This document shows, piece by piece, positions 23,911 to 37,419 of a stretch of DNA of 64,000 bases. The notes below the pieces were generated by a model, which made no database searches, was not told where the DNA came from, and saw nothing but the letters and a program-made list of their open reading frames with translations. The position numbers were made by a program, and so were the translations under genes. The stretch comes from Stegostoma tigrinum (lineage: Eukaryota): positions 122,218,674 to 122,282,673 of the forward strand of contig NC_081355.1 in NCBI RefSeq assembly GCF_030684315.1, written 5' to 3'. Every line of letters starts with the position of its first letter. Positions within the stretch are counted from its first letter, which is position 1.

Positions 23911-24049
23911 TCACTTCACAATGCTATGTGTTTTAAAGGCCATAAGGCCATGATAATTGTCCATGTTTCCACCAGAAAAAAGAAAAATATGGTACCATTT
24001 AAAAGTTTGCAGCCACTTGTGGGGCAGTCACTTTTTAGCAAAAGGGCAG

Positions 24050-24290
24050 ATTCAGATGGTCAACAGTGAGAAGGGCTCCCATATTTAGATACTTCTGTCA
24101 AAATGCTTATGGCAGAACTGTGGTCCAGCAAGATATTGAGGACTTGCTCTTGGGAAGCAAGCCCTTTTGGAGGCAGGTGTTGTGCAGGCAGGGAGCTAAT
24201 ACTCCACTGCCCAAGATCTTCCACAGAATGCAGTCAAAGGCTCAATGACCTCACAACACTCTCCAAGGTTATTCAAGTATGTGAAGCAAA
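24050..24290 (+). pseudogene. Decayed Harbinger Myb/SANT-like gene fragment
   Basis: RRAPIF...SVKMLMAEL...RSSTECSQRLNDLTTLSKV (ORFs 24066 and 24103). Confidence 0.55.
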
Positions 24291-25461
24291 TGCACATCAT
24301 ATGTCACTTTAGCTTCACTGATCTCTTTTGTCTGCACTGTTGCATTTCCATGCAAACAGCAACCTCTTTCAAATAGTCAGCACCTTTGTCACTCAACACC
24401 ATTATTCCGGTTCATTGTCCATGCCACAACAGTTTCTGCTATGTTGCAAGGGCATTTCATGTAAAAGGACAAAGTACCTTAAAACTTCATTAATATGGCC
24501 TGAAGAACTTAAAAAGGCAGCCATCTCTATAACAGTCAAAGCATCTTCCCTTTATTCTAAGGAAAAAACTGGTATAGTACCACTGGCATTAAAAGCTACA
24601 GAAGGATGACGAAAAGTTAATCAGCATATTTTTAATTATTTTCTTGTTCACAGGATGTCTAGAAATCCTAAGTTGCCCTTGAGAAGTTGATGGTGAGTTG
24701 CCTACTTGAAATGCTGCAGTCCACATGATATAGGTACATCCGCAGTGTACAAGAAAGTTCCAGGATCTTGATTCTGGAACAATGGAACAATAGAGCAATG
24801 ATTTTGTTCCATGTCAAGATGCTATGTTTCACAGAGGCAGCTGGTCATTCAAACCATCAGCGTGGATTTTGATGTGCAGAGCAGACCTGGTATCAGTGGG
24901 CCAGAATTCTTTGGATAGCCAGTGAATCCCTTAGGAAAGGTGAGGTGCCTGTTTGGATTTGGTCACCAGACCCCTTTGCTGGAGGTGAGACTCCCTTTGG
25001 AATTGTTCGTTGTTGGCATAAATACACAAACACTGTATAAACCCATTCTCGTCAGGGGTCAATAGACCTGTCAAAATCAATTGTCAAAACAATCAGGAGT
25101 GCCTATCAAAGATCCTTATCATAGGTTTCTGCCAAAGGTATCAAGGGAACCTCTCAAAGTGTAAGGTTAAAGGGTTTTGTGAATTTAAAACTTTGTACAT
25201 AGCTTGTAAATTCTGAATTCTTAATGAATGAAAATGAGGTCCTAATTAGACGTTTACCTAACAAGATATGATCATCCAGTATTTGTGATTCAAGTGAAAT
25301 TTATTAAGTAAGGTTTTATGAATACCTGTACTTAAAATAATCAGTGAAAATAGGAAGTTTTTTATTCCTCGAGATCAAGGATGTTTTGAAAATTGCCAAC
25401 ACCGACAATACTTTTCCTCTCCTGTTTTTGACGTGCAGTTATGTAAAACTGTGTCTCAGGA

Positions 25462-26723
25462 GTCAGCATGGATTTACGAAGGGGAAATTGTGCTTGACTA
25501 ATCTTCTGGAATTTTTTTGAGGATGTATCTATGAAGTTGGACAACGGAGAGCCAGTCGATGTAGTGTACCTGGACTTTCAGAAAGCCTTTGATAAAGTCC
25601 CGCATAGGAGATTGGTGAGCAAAATTAGGGCACATGGTATTGGGGGCAAAATACTGAGTTGGATTGAAAATTGGCCGGCTGACAGGAAGCAAAAAGTAGT
25701 GATAAACAGGTCCCTTTTGGAATGGTAGGCGGTGACCAGTGGGGTACCACAAGGTTCGGTGCTGGGACCACAGCTGTTTACAATATACATTAGTGATATA
25801 GACAAAGGTATTAAAAGTAATATTAGCAAATTTCCTGATGACACAAAGCTAGGTGGCAGTGTGAAATGTGAGGAGGATGTTATGAGAATACAGGGTGACT
25901 TGGACAGGCTAGATGAGTGGAAGGATGCATGGCAGATGTAGTTTAATGTGGATAAATGTGTGGTTATCCACTTTGGTGGCAAGAACGGGAGGGCAGATTA
26001 CTTTCTAAATTGAGTCAGGTTAGGTAAAGGGAAAGTACAACGAGATCTAGGTGCTCTTGTACATCAGTCAATGAAAGCAAGCATACAAGTACAGCAGGCA
26101 GTGAAGAAAGCTAATGGTATGCTAGCCTTCATAACAACAGGAATTGAGTATAGGAGCAAAGAGGTCCTTCTGCAGCTGTACAGGACCCTGGTAAGACCAC
26201 ACCTGGAGTTTTGCATGCAGTTTTGGTCTCCAAATTTGAGGAAGGACATTCTTGCTATTGAGGGAGAGCAGCATAGGTTCACGAGGTCAATTCCCGGAAT
26301 GGCGGGACTATCATATGTTGAAAGATTGGAGCGACTGGGCTTGTATACACTTGAGTTTGGAAGGATGAGAGGGGATCTGATTGAGACGTATAAGATTATT
26401 AAGGGATTGGACAGTCTGGAGGCAGAAAGCATGATTCCGCTGATGGGTGAGCCCAGAACCAGAGGACACAGTTTAAAAATAAGGGGTAGGCCATTTAGAA
26501 CAGAGTTGAGGAAAAACGTCTTCACCCAGAGAGTGGTGGATATATGGAATGCTCTGCCCCAGAAGACAGTGGAGGCCAACTCTCTGGATACTTTCAAGAA
26601 AGAGATGGATAGAGCTCTTAAAGATAGTGGAATCAAGGGTTATGGGGATAATGCAGGAACAGGATACTGCTGGCTCGAAGGGCCGAATAGCTTACTCCAG
26701 CACCTATTGTCTATTGTCTATTG
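25462..26723 (+). mobile_element. CR1/HER1 LINE, 5'-truncated RT and C-terminus with (ctattgt)n tail
   Basis: VDVVYLDFQKAFDKVPHRRL, SGVPQGSVLGP, ISKFPDDTKL, LYRTLVRPHLE, GDLIETYKI; several stops. Confidence 0.95.
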
Positions 26724-27074
26724 AGAATTACACTACAGAAGCCATGGTAAAACTGTGCCAAAAGATGTTGAGTTTCAGACTCTTATCCCCAATTTCAAGG
26801 GCTAATAATTCCTTCTTATAAAATAGCCTGAATTAAGTCTTTCCATTTACTTAAAACAAGAGTTGGCAGATGTCACCCCACCTCCACAACTAGACTTGTG
26901 TAGGCTAAACACATGTCCATCTCATATTACTAAGCCCCAACATATTTCATTGTGTGGACCAATTACACATACTTGTAGATACAGAGAAGTCATACAAGTG
27001 ATGTTAAATCCTGTTTGCAATAACGCCATTTATAATAAAATCAGTGAGCAAGAATTTCCTGAAATACTAAAGCT

Positions 27075-27475
27075 CTGAGAAACATAGAGGAGTATAGGAG
27101 CTGGAGTAAGCCATTTGTCCCTAGAGCCTGCTCCATCATTTAACATGGTAATGGCTGATCAACTTGTCGCCTGTTTCTGATTTCGCCCCGTGTACTTTGG
27201 TTCATTTATTCCAAGAACGATGTTGACGTCATAGTTTGAAAGTCTTCAATGCTTTGGCCTCAATAGTTTTCTGTGGCAGGGAATTCCACAGGCTTACCCG
27301 TCTGCACGAAGAAATTTCTGCACATCTCTTTTGTAAAAGGCTTACCTGTACCCTCAGGCTTTGACCCATGGCTCTGGGTTACCAGTGTATCCTTTTTGCA
27401 TCTACCTTGTCTATTCCTGTGAATATTTTATAGGCTTCAATAAGATTGTTTCTCATTCTTCTAAACTCTAGTAAA
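27075..27475 (-). mobile_element. Old CR1 3' fragment
   Basis: taggagctggagtaagccatttgtccctagagcctgctccatcatt tail plus ORF2 C-terminal remnants. Confidence 0.7.
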
Positions 27476-27477
27476 GA

Positions 27478-29520
27478 AAGAACATAGAATATTAACAGTA
27501 GAGCATTGGAATGGGCCCTTCAGCCCACCGTGTCTGTACCAACCATGGTGCAATTCCAAACTAACGCCATTTACCTACATAGGGCCCATATGCCTTTATT
27601 CCCTATCTGTTCATGTATCTGTCTAAATGATTCTTAAATGTTGTTATTGTGTTTGCTTTTACTACCTCCCCAGGACTGTGTTCCACCCTCTGTGATGAAA
27701 ACTTGCCTTCATTTAAAAATATTCCCCCTCTCACCTTCATCCTATGCCCCCAGAATTTAACATTTCCACTCTGGGAAAAATTCTCTGACCAACTACCATG
27801 TCCATGCCTTTCATTGTGCTATATACTTCTATCAGGTTGCCTCTCAGCCTGTGACACACTAACGAAGCTATCGCCAGTTTGTCCAATCTCTCCTCACATC
27901 TAGTACACTCCAATTCAGGAGTAAACTGATCCTGGCAAACTTCATTTGCCCCCCTCTCCAAGGCCTTTACATCTTCCTATAGTGTGGCAAACAGAACTAC
28001 TCCAAATATCGTCCAGCTAAAGTCCTGTACAGCTGAAAAATGAATTTCAACCAATAAAGGCAACCATGCTGTATGCCTCTTTACCACCTTATCTACTTGT
28101 TCTGCCATTTTCAGAGAGCTAGCACCCCAAGATCTCCCTGTATATCAATGCTCCTAAGGGTCCTGCTATTTATTGTTTTGCATTTGACTTCCAAAATGCA
28201 TCATCTCACACTTGGCCAGTGAAAGTTGTCTGTGGGGACTTTACTGAAGCATTTAACAAGATCCCTAACAGTAGGCAGGTCCAGAAGATTAAGTCACATG
28301 GGATCCATAGTGATTTGATAATTTGGATACAAAATCAAATTAGTCATATAAGACAGAGGGTAGTTGTTGAGGGGTGTTTTTTTGACTGGAAGTCTGTGAC
28401 CAGTGGTAAAAACTGTGTTGGTTGTAATATTTATAAGCGACTTGAATGAAAATGCAGGTGGTCTGCCATTTCTCCACCCAACTTTCCAATGATCTATATC
28501 CTGCTTTAATCTTTGATAGCTTTCCTCACTATATATTACTCCACTGATTCTCATGTTGTCTGCAAAATTACTAGTCAGACCACCTGCATTTTCATTCAAG
28601 TCGCTTATAAATATTACAACCAACAGTTTTTACCACTGGTCACAGGCTTCTAGCCAAAAAAGCACCCCTCAACAACTGCCCTCTGTCTTATATGACTAAT
28701 TTGATTTTGTATCCAAATTATCAAATCACTATGGATCCCATGTGACTTAATCTTCTGGACCTGCCTACTGTTAGGGATCTTGTTAAATGCTTCAGTAAAG
28801 TCCCCACAGACAACTTTCACAGCCCTACCCTCATGAAACATCTTCACAATTTCATCAAAAATCTCAAATCAAATTTGTGAGCCTAGACCTCCCCATTCAC
28901 AATGCCTTGCTGACCATCCCTAGTAAGTCCATTCTTTTCCAAATGCGAGTACGTCATGTCCCTAAGAATCTTCTCCACTAATTTCCCTACCACCGATGTA
29001 AAACTCACTGGCCTATAATTTCTTTGATTATCCCTGTTGCCCTGCTTAAAGGTTATTCTCCAGTCTCCTGAGAACTCACCTGTTGCTAATGCGGATACTA
29101 CAGTCTCTATCAAAGTCCCATCAATTTCTTCCCTTGCTTCCTTCAGTATTCTGGGATAGACTTTCTCAGGCTCTACCATAATATTTTAAGACACCTCCTT
29201 ATTATTAATATGCCTTAAAATATCAACATGCCCCTCCCTACCATCATCCATGAACTTCACTTTGGTGCTTATTAATATGTATTAATGTATTTACTAAGTA
29301 ATAAATAAGTATTTATTAATAATTAAAGTACTTATTAGTGAGCACCTCACCCACTTGCTCTGCTCCACACATAAGTTCCCTCTTTGGTCCTTGAGTGAAC
29401 CTATGCATTCCCTAACAACCCTCTTGCTCCTCATATACATATAAATGCCTTGGGATTCACCTCAATTCTATTACCAAGGACATTTCATGGAGCCTTGTGG
29501 CCCTCTTAATTCCTTGTTTT
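27478..29520 (-). mobile_element. CR1/HER1 LINE fragment containing a templated inverted insertion
   Basis: VYPRILKEAREEI...NYRPVSFTSVVGKLVEKILRD; DFTEAFNKIP; LRGNLIEVY. Confidence 0.9.
28219..28820. repeat. Inverted repeat, arms 28219-28465 and 28576-28820
   Basis: The arms are near-identical reverse complements; ORFs 28219(+) and 28650..28847(-) give the same peptide. Confidence 0.95.
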
Positions 29521-29539
29521 GTCTTGTTGGTCTTAACTG

Positions 29540-30340
29540 ATTCTGTCTCTCCATGTACATCAGCCCTGCCATTCTCAGGAATCAGTCTGATAAACCTTTG
29601 CTACACTCCCTCAATAGCCAGAACTTCCTTCCCCATATATGGAGGCCAAGATTGAATGCATTACTCCAGTCTTATGAATATCCTACATAGTTGCAGCAAG
29701 ACGTCTCTGCTCCTGAACTCAAATCCTCTTGCAATAAAGGCCATTTGCCTTTTCACTACCTGCTGCACCTGCATGCTTACTTTCAACAACTAGTGCATAA
29801 GAACATTCAAGTCTTGTTACACTAACCCTTTTGTTTGTGTTTTACAAAAACTGCCATATATTTGAGCACTTATTTACTTCGTCCAAATTGTAATGAAGCT
29901 TCTCTGTATCCTCCTTATAGCATACCTCCCACCCAGCAACGTGATCATCTGCAAACCTGGAGATATTATATTTAGTTCCCTCTCTAAATCATTAATATAT
30001 AATGTTAATAGCTGGGTATCTACAAGTTAGAGCCTGCCACTTAGAAAAAGTCCCATTTATTCCTACTTGATATTTCCTATTTGTCAGCCTGTTCTCTATC
30101 CATTTCACTATATGACCTTCAATCCCAGGCACTTCAATTTTCCATGCTAATCTTTTACATGGGACCTTATCAAAAGCCTTCTGAAAGTCTAAGTTAATCA
30201 CATTCAAATGGTCCCAATTATCCATTCTACTAGTTACATCCTTAAAAACCTCCAGCAGACTTGTCAAGCACACATCCCTTCACAAATTCATGCTGACTCT
30301 GTCTTATCCCATCACTATCTTTCAAGTGTTCTGTTTTCAC
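29540..30340 (-). mobile_element. CR1 RT fragment
   Basis: CLTSLLEVFKDVTS...LDFQKAFDKVPCKRL. Confidence 0.85.
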
Positions 30341-32689
30341 AGATTTTGTAAGGACATTAACAGCAAAATGTTTCCAGCAGAATATCAGGATGCCTTCATA
30401 AAAATATAAATGTTTTGTTCTACAGAAACAGTTAATCAACCAAGTCATTAGCAAACTTAAATTTCACAAAATACATGATTTTTATTTAAGTATAGGTGTC
30501 TTTTGGAGTTCAAGCTACAAATTTCAAGCTTTTTGCTTACTTCTTTGCAGTACATAAATAGAACTTGAATTGTGTCAAGAGTAATTATGCAAAAATACAA
30601 TTGCTTAACCCAGTCCCAACGACATGTTTAATTGCATTAAACCAGCAAGACCAGTTCCTCACAAACAGCTATCTTGTTAATTGTCTCACTACCAGAATTC
30701 AAACCAACTATTTATAATACATTCAACCATGAAATGTTACTTCAAACCAATACAATTAAAATAAATAATACTTCAAACCCTGAAAATTAGCAATATTATC
30801 AATATGTTACAGTCCCACCCTGAGAGAGGAAATGTACCAACACTGAATCCTCTCACTACCCAAATATAATCTCAATCTATTTCTGTAAAATTCTGATGTC
30901 TAAAGATCTTGTCAAGAGGAGCAGTCAAAAATATTCATAGGGCCTGTCAAACAGAGCAGCCAAGCCATTTGAAACTCCTGCCCTTCTAAACTTTGGAAGA
31001 CTGTCTGGAGTGTTAAAACAAATAATTTCTTGCCCTATCTGACAACGTGAACTCTACAGCTTCCGATTCTGGAATACCACTGCATTCACAACCATCTGTT
31101 ATTGCATGTCAGTGCCTACGATTTCACAATTTAAGTGACAGTTACAAGTCGGTATATGGAGGTTTCGTTAAACTGTGAATTACAATAATTGTTGCTGGAA
31201 GGGATTATCCACTTGGTTGAAATATTTGTTGCTGTAAGCAATTAGATGAATAAATGTAAATGTAATAAATGTGTCTTTATTAACAAGAGGCTATTTTTCA
31301 TATGGTGAAGTCTGCAATAGACACTTGCATAGAGGTTTTCCCTCCTGAGAGGCTGTGGGAAAGGTGATGGGATGGGCAGGTTGGCACCAGAAAGATCCTT
31401 AACCCTTTCTCACCATTTCAGCAATTCAGATCTGGGCAGGAAGATGTGATATTCCCTTGCCCCAGCCATTCAGTTAATGACCATTTAAAAGGTCTCGCCT
31501 TGTTTGTGCTACAATTAGTTTGCCTCTAAGTAGAATGACGTGAAGTTGGCCTTACCAACTGCAAACAACTAAGGGTCAGCTGTCAGTTTGAGGTGAACAT
31601 CCCTCACCTGCACTAATTTGCATCAAGGAATTTATCCTAAGGCAGTGATGTGGCCTGTCACACCCTTCTTCCCATCTATCCACAATCCTAACTCTGAAGA
31701 ATCCTGTCACCATCAAACAACACCTACCTTTATTGGCACTGACCCAACAACTGGGAGTCTGGGTGATGGTGGCCCAACTGCAGTAATTGCATTATAATGG
31801 TGCTGCCAGGTTAGGAAGATGTTTGTCTCTGATTGGCTGGGAGCTTCAGGTGCTGACACTGCCAGTTTTAGTTTCATAATCCATCTGGCAGCAAATTGGC
31901 CGATTGGCACAATGTTTGGTGGGTTTTCTGAACAAAATAGGCTGTGGGATTTTCTCCACAGAACTTTCCCACTTTTAGACAGTGAAAAATTAGAAATATT
32001 CCACCCTTAGTACTTTATTTCATAAAACTTTATTTCATCAGAGCTGTGTCCACAGCTGGTTTGGCATGTTAGTTGAAAAGACAAAGGTGGTGAACATGGG
32101 CTGACGTTAATTGGTACTAAGTTGTTAAGGGGCCATAAACTGCCATTTATTGGGAAGAGGGACATAGACTGGCATGGAGAGTGTGACTGGCCATAGGTTG
32201 TGAGGGACATAACTTGTCAGATGTCCACTAGTAGCCATATAAGTTATTTTGGAGTACATAGCCTGGCAGAGAGTTGAGAAGGGCCATGGAGTTTGGTTGA
32301 GGAAGCATGGGCCAAAGGGGATTGGTGGAGGAGTGTTTTATTTTTTCTCTTTATTTTAATGTAGGGCATAGAATGCACTAGAGTGCTCCATAATACAAAT
32401 TTTTCACGTGTTCCTGAATGATGAAGAGGACAGAATCACAGAATTGTGACAGCTCAAAAGGATGACATTCAGCTCAAGTGCCAAACTTATTCAAAACTCA
32501 ATTACAAGATTTGAGGCATCTCTAAATTTCTGATGAACTCGTGATGAAAATCAAGGAACTAATGATAGCTGAGAGATGTTCTTGCCTGAAGAGAATGTTT
32601 GATTTCTAGCTGTTATACTTAATTTGTTCAGTGTTCAATAAAGATTTTTCTTTAGCGTTTCTCTAAAGATATTCTGCTTTGTTTCTGGG

Positions 32690-33425
32690 CTTTTGAAAAA
32701 GTTCCATATGAGAGATAAGAATGTAAAATTAAAGCACATGAGATTAGTGGTCGTGTATTAAAACAGATAGAAAACTTGTTGGCGGACAGGAAGCAAAGTA
32801 GGAACAAACAATTCTCTTTCTGAATAGCATTAGTAACTCAGAGGGTTTTGTAAGTATCAATGCTAGAATACCAAACATTCATAATATAAATTAATGATTT
32901 GGATGAGGGAACTAAATATAATATCTCCGCATTTTCAGATGGCCCAAAGCAGGATGGGAGTGTGAGCTGTGATGAGGATGCAGTGGTGTGACTTGGACAA
33001 GCTGAGTCAGTGGCAGATGCAGTTTAAATAGATAAATGTGAGATTATCCACTTTGGGAGCAAAAACAGGAAGGCAGATTATGATCAGAATGGTCATCAAT
33101 TGACAGATGGGAATGTTCAAGGAGACCTAGGAGTCGTTATACACTAGTCACTGAAGGTAAGTATACAGGTACAGCAGGCTTTGAAGAAGGCAAATGGCAT
33201 GTTGAGCTTCATTGTAAGAGGATTCAAGTACAGGAGCTGGGATACCTGGCTGTGTGGATCCTTGATGAGATCATGCTTGGAATATTGTGTACAATTTTGG
33301 TCTCCTTGTCTCAGGAAGGATATTCTGACTATGGAAGGAGTGCAGCAAAGGTTGACCAGACTGATTCCTGGGATGAGATAACTGACAAATAAAGAGAGGT
33401 TGAATCACTTAGGATTGTATTCACA
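32690..33425 (+). mobile_element. CR1 RT/C-terminal fragment
   Basis: KKANGMLSFIVRGFKYRS...LEYCVQFWSPCLRKDI. Confidence 0.85.
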
Positions 33426-33859
33426 GCACACTAATTAGTTTCTTGGTGTGCCTTTGAAAATCTTACGGGAACGCTTAAAATTATTGACAAAGTGACAGTG
33501 ATTATTTCGGACTAGGTTGGAGGGGAATAGTATATTGTCTTGACGCTACTTAAATTTGGACCTCAAGTTAATTCTGAGACATCATGTTCACTAAGTCATG
33601 AAGGTTCTGCACCCAATTGGGCAAGCTCACTGTAGTTTCTGAAGGGATAATAGTCGGTTTCTTACAGTAACAATGTCCAAGTAAGAAGAATTTGCCATGC
33701 ATTAGGAAAGCAAATAGATTGTCAATAAAATTATGAAAAGGATCCTTTGGGGACAGAGTGAGTATATTATGTAATTTATTGCTTGTCTACTTCTATATAG
33801 GCATTAAGAGCAAAGACACATCTAAGCCTGACATTGATCTAATAACAAACCCCTTCTAA

Positions 33860-34313
33860 ATAATAAAATGTGAGGCTGGATGAACACAGCAGGCCAAGCA
33901 GCATCTCAGGAGCACAAAAGCTGACGTTTCGGGCCTAGGCCCTTCATCAGAGAGGGGGATGGGGGGAGGGAACTGGAATAAATAGGGAGAGAGGGGGAGG
34001 CGGACCGAAGATGGAGAGTAAAGAAGATAGGTGGAGAGAGTGTAGGTGGGGAGGTAGGGAGGGGATAGGTCAGTCCAGGGAAGACGGACAGGTCAAGGAG
34101 GTGGGATGAGGTTAGTAGGTAGCTGGGGGTGCGGCTTGGTGTGGGAGGAAGGGATGGGTGAGAGGAAGAACCGGTTAGGGAGGCAGAGACAGGTTGGACT
34201 GGTTTTGGGATGCAGTGGGTGGGGGGGAAGAGCTGGGCTGGTTGTGTGGTGCAGTGGGGGGAGGGGACGAACTGGGCTGGTTTAGGGATGCAGTAGGAGA
34301 AGGGGAGATTTTG
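33860..34313 (-). mobile_element. Young Penelope family-A 3' fragment
   Basis: Near-identical reverse complement of about 52346-52798. Confidence 0.9.
33923..33950 (-). ncRNA. Minimal hammerhead ribozyme motif, intact core
   Basis: CUGAUGA A GGGCC UA GGCCC GAAA CGUC; helix III is the ACGU palindrome; helix I is only about 2 bp. Confidence 0.7.
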
Positions 34314-34991
34314 CTGCACATACAGAAAATCATTAACTGTGACAGTATATCATACTTCAGATCACAAAGAATAGTTTTTCCCCTCAAAGAGAGTTAACTG
34401 TCTACACCTAGTCAGCATGTGTTTTGAAGATCTCTGAGTAAAAGAAAAGGTCTGCTGCATGCTGCTCATTTTGTTTGCGTTAAAAAGAAGTTAATTCAAA
34501 CTTCTGACAGAAGCATTTACTTCTCCAGTTTTTGAGTGATTGACTGACGATTGTGCTGTGATGACATCATGGTTAAACCGACAGAAATAATTCTCATGTT
34601 AGGAGATACTGATCGACACTTTTGAGTCTTGCAAAATCGCTACACTGGTTATTTTATTTCAAGAACATTGCACTCAATTTTCTGACCAGAGTATCTCAAC
34701 TGGTGAACATTTCAATTCTGATTGGAGTCAACGTGCACATATCCTGTTTGTTCCGCTGCTTTGTGCTAAATGGACAACTTACCTACGTTAAAAAGTGCAG
34801 CAAAGCTGCTGTGAAAAAAAACCATTGGATTATTCCCATGCATTTGCAAGATGTTTATTGTGATGGGTCCATAGCTGGAAGGGTCAAACAGCACCCAGCT
34901 CCTCCTAAATTGTCTCACACAAGAAGCATCTTTACTTGAAAACAACCATGTTGACTATTCACTGAATATGCCAAAAACAAGTGTGAAATCT

Positions 34992-35116
34992 GAAGGAGGG
35001 TCTCAACCCGAAACGTCAGCTTTCCTGCTCCTCAGTTGCTGCTTGGCCTGTTGTGTTCATCCAGCTTCAGACTGTTTTATCTCAGATTCTCCAGCATCGG
35101 CAATTCCTACTATCTC
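34992..35116 (+). mobile_element. Family-A Penelope mini-insertion
   Basis: TSD tgtgaaatct at 34982-34991 and 35117-35126; starts at the hammerhead core ctgaaggagggtctcaacccgaaacgtc. Confidence 0.85.
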
Positions 35117-36689
35117 TGTGAAATCTTGTTTGCGTAAATTCTGGAACATTCCTGTGTACCCATTTTGTCACCTCAAAATTTGGTCCTGCGAGATTACTTA
35201 GTTTGTTGTGATCCCCAAAGAGACCTTTAAGCTTTTAAAAGTAAGGACTTCCCCAGGTCCTAATAACGACAAGATTTCATATTTTAACATTTTTACTGCA
35301 AAAAAAATAAAATCAACATAATCAAACCTCATACAACCAAATATGTTTCTTCTGCCTTTGGCTGTATTTGCTGACACCATCAAAATGGTTTTCATTGAGA
35401 TGCCGGGACTGCAGTGTCATCATTCTGTCCCAATCACAGATATCACATGCTTAGTTGATAAGAGTTTTATTTTTATTGATAGGATATTTCATAAAGGGCA
35501 CATATGCAGAAATAATTAGACATTACCACATTAGTAACAGATTGCATTTTAAAAATAAATTTTCATTAACTGCAGTCGAGGTAATAAAGAGAATTTTGAT
35601 CACCATGCTTTGTGCACAGCTATAAAGGTCTTCCAATTGAAAAGGTTAAAGATATTGCTCATATCATCTGAAACTTAAACTGGTCTAAGATTCTGTTAAA
35701 ATGAAAGCTTATGTGTTGAGTAGCCAGTTTCAGGACTGTACAGTAAGGAACTTCTGTCTTTGAGAACTTGGATTTTTTTTGTGTCTCAGAAAGGGAAGAG
35801 GTTTTCCTGTGCACAAATAGAGATCAGAATTAAACCATGAGTCTGTCTTAATTCTAACAAGTTTTTCTTTAGTGTCTTTTGTCTAGCGTATGTCATGTAT
35901 CTCTGAAAGGCATAATTTGCATCTTTTTTGTAGTACTTAATACATTAATCAAACCACCAAAACTATTTATATTGTTTCTTAAAGTCAATAAACTTTGATA
36001 TTATTCATCAGCTCAATATTCTCGCCTTACATTGTTGGTACATCTATGTTAAGCCAGCAACATCTAAAATGCCTAGTTTGAAGGGCGTAATTTGAACATT
36101 TTAGTTTAATCTGCAAAATCAAATTGCAGTAATCTAAATTATGTAAACTCCATTTTAAAACTCACATCAAGAATCTGCAAATGTTGTCTAGAACTCTACC
36201 AGAAAACAAGACTGGGGAAGGGGCCAAAAACAGGCTGATCAAAGAAATTGCAGCAGCATTGATACAGCAGATAAAACCTCATGACAGGTTCCCAATGAAC
36301 ATGCAGACCAGGGCAAAGCTCAGAAAAAAAATACCCTAGATGATTGACAAGCACAGTGCCAAATGAAAACCTGAACATGGATCAAACTTCCCTGCATTGG
36401 GAAACATTTGGTCATGGCAAGCACAAAAATGCCAGAATTGGAGAAAGAGATTCATGATCTCTTGAAATACCCAGGGGTTACAAACATAAACAAAGATCAA
36501 GTCAGTACCTTGATATACCCAGTAGGTAGCATTGCAGGTGGTAGGTTTCCAATGTAAGGGCTAAATAAAAAGATCACAACCTGTAGGAATGAAATCAGCA
36601 CTTTGATGCTTTATTAGTTGAGCACAACATTGCAATTTAGATAACAAAATCCATAAGTTGAAATCAAAGTTCTGACGAAGGCATGGACT

Positions 36690-37030
36690 CCCTCAGTAGT
36701 TAACATGGCTGCCTCACAGCGCCAGGGACCCGGGTTCAATACCACCCTCCGGCAATGGTCTGTGTGGAGTTTGCACATTGTCCCCATGTCTACATGGGTT
36801 TCCTCCAGATGCTCCAGTTTCCTCCCACAGTCCAAAGACGTGCAGGTCAGTAGATTGGTCATGCTAAATTGCCCGTAGTGTTCAGGGATATTTGGGTTGT
36901 GTGGGTTGGACATGGGAAATGTAGGGAGATGGATCTGGGCAGGATGCTCTTCAGAGGGACAGTGTGGACTTGTTGGGTCGAATGGTCTGTTTCTGCACTG
37001 TAGGGATTCTGTGATTCTATTCTACAATTC
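36690..37030 (+). mobile_element. HE1-type V-SINE
   Basis: gctgcctcacagcgccagggacccgggttcaat...gtgtggagtttgcacattgtcccc...ctgtagggattctgtgattcta. Confidence 0.9.
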
Positions 37031-37419
37031 TTCTATGATCATGACCTTTGCAGCTTAGCAGTTAATACAATTATAGAAAACTCAATCAGAGTTAGAGAAG
37101 CAGTTGGAGTCAACTTCTTATGGACTGGGGAAGATCGAACATTGATTATAATGGCACAATTGGCCAGATAGGCTGAGGTCTGAAAACAGAATTGAGTATT
37201 TATTATGGGACAGAAAAACATCCTTTGGACTAACAGTTGAATGCAATAAATATATTGGGTGGGAAATCCTTTATGGCTTTTGTTCTCTGTGATTGAGGTT
37301 ACTCACACAATGTACTCTAAAAGCTTAATTGTGTGCTTTGAAAACTCACTGTTCTCATTTAGTATTAATCTGCTTCTTGTAAGGTTTTGATCACTTCTCT
37401 TAATTCTGGTCACTCCCTT

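Noticed and set aside
31330-32320. Possible Harbinger-type non-autonomous element
   Set aside because: I could not define matching terminal inverted repeats or a TSD by eye
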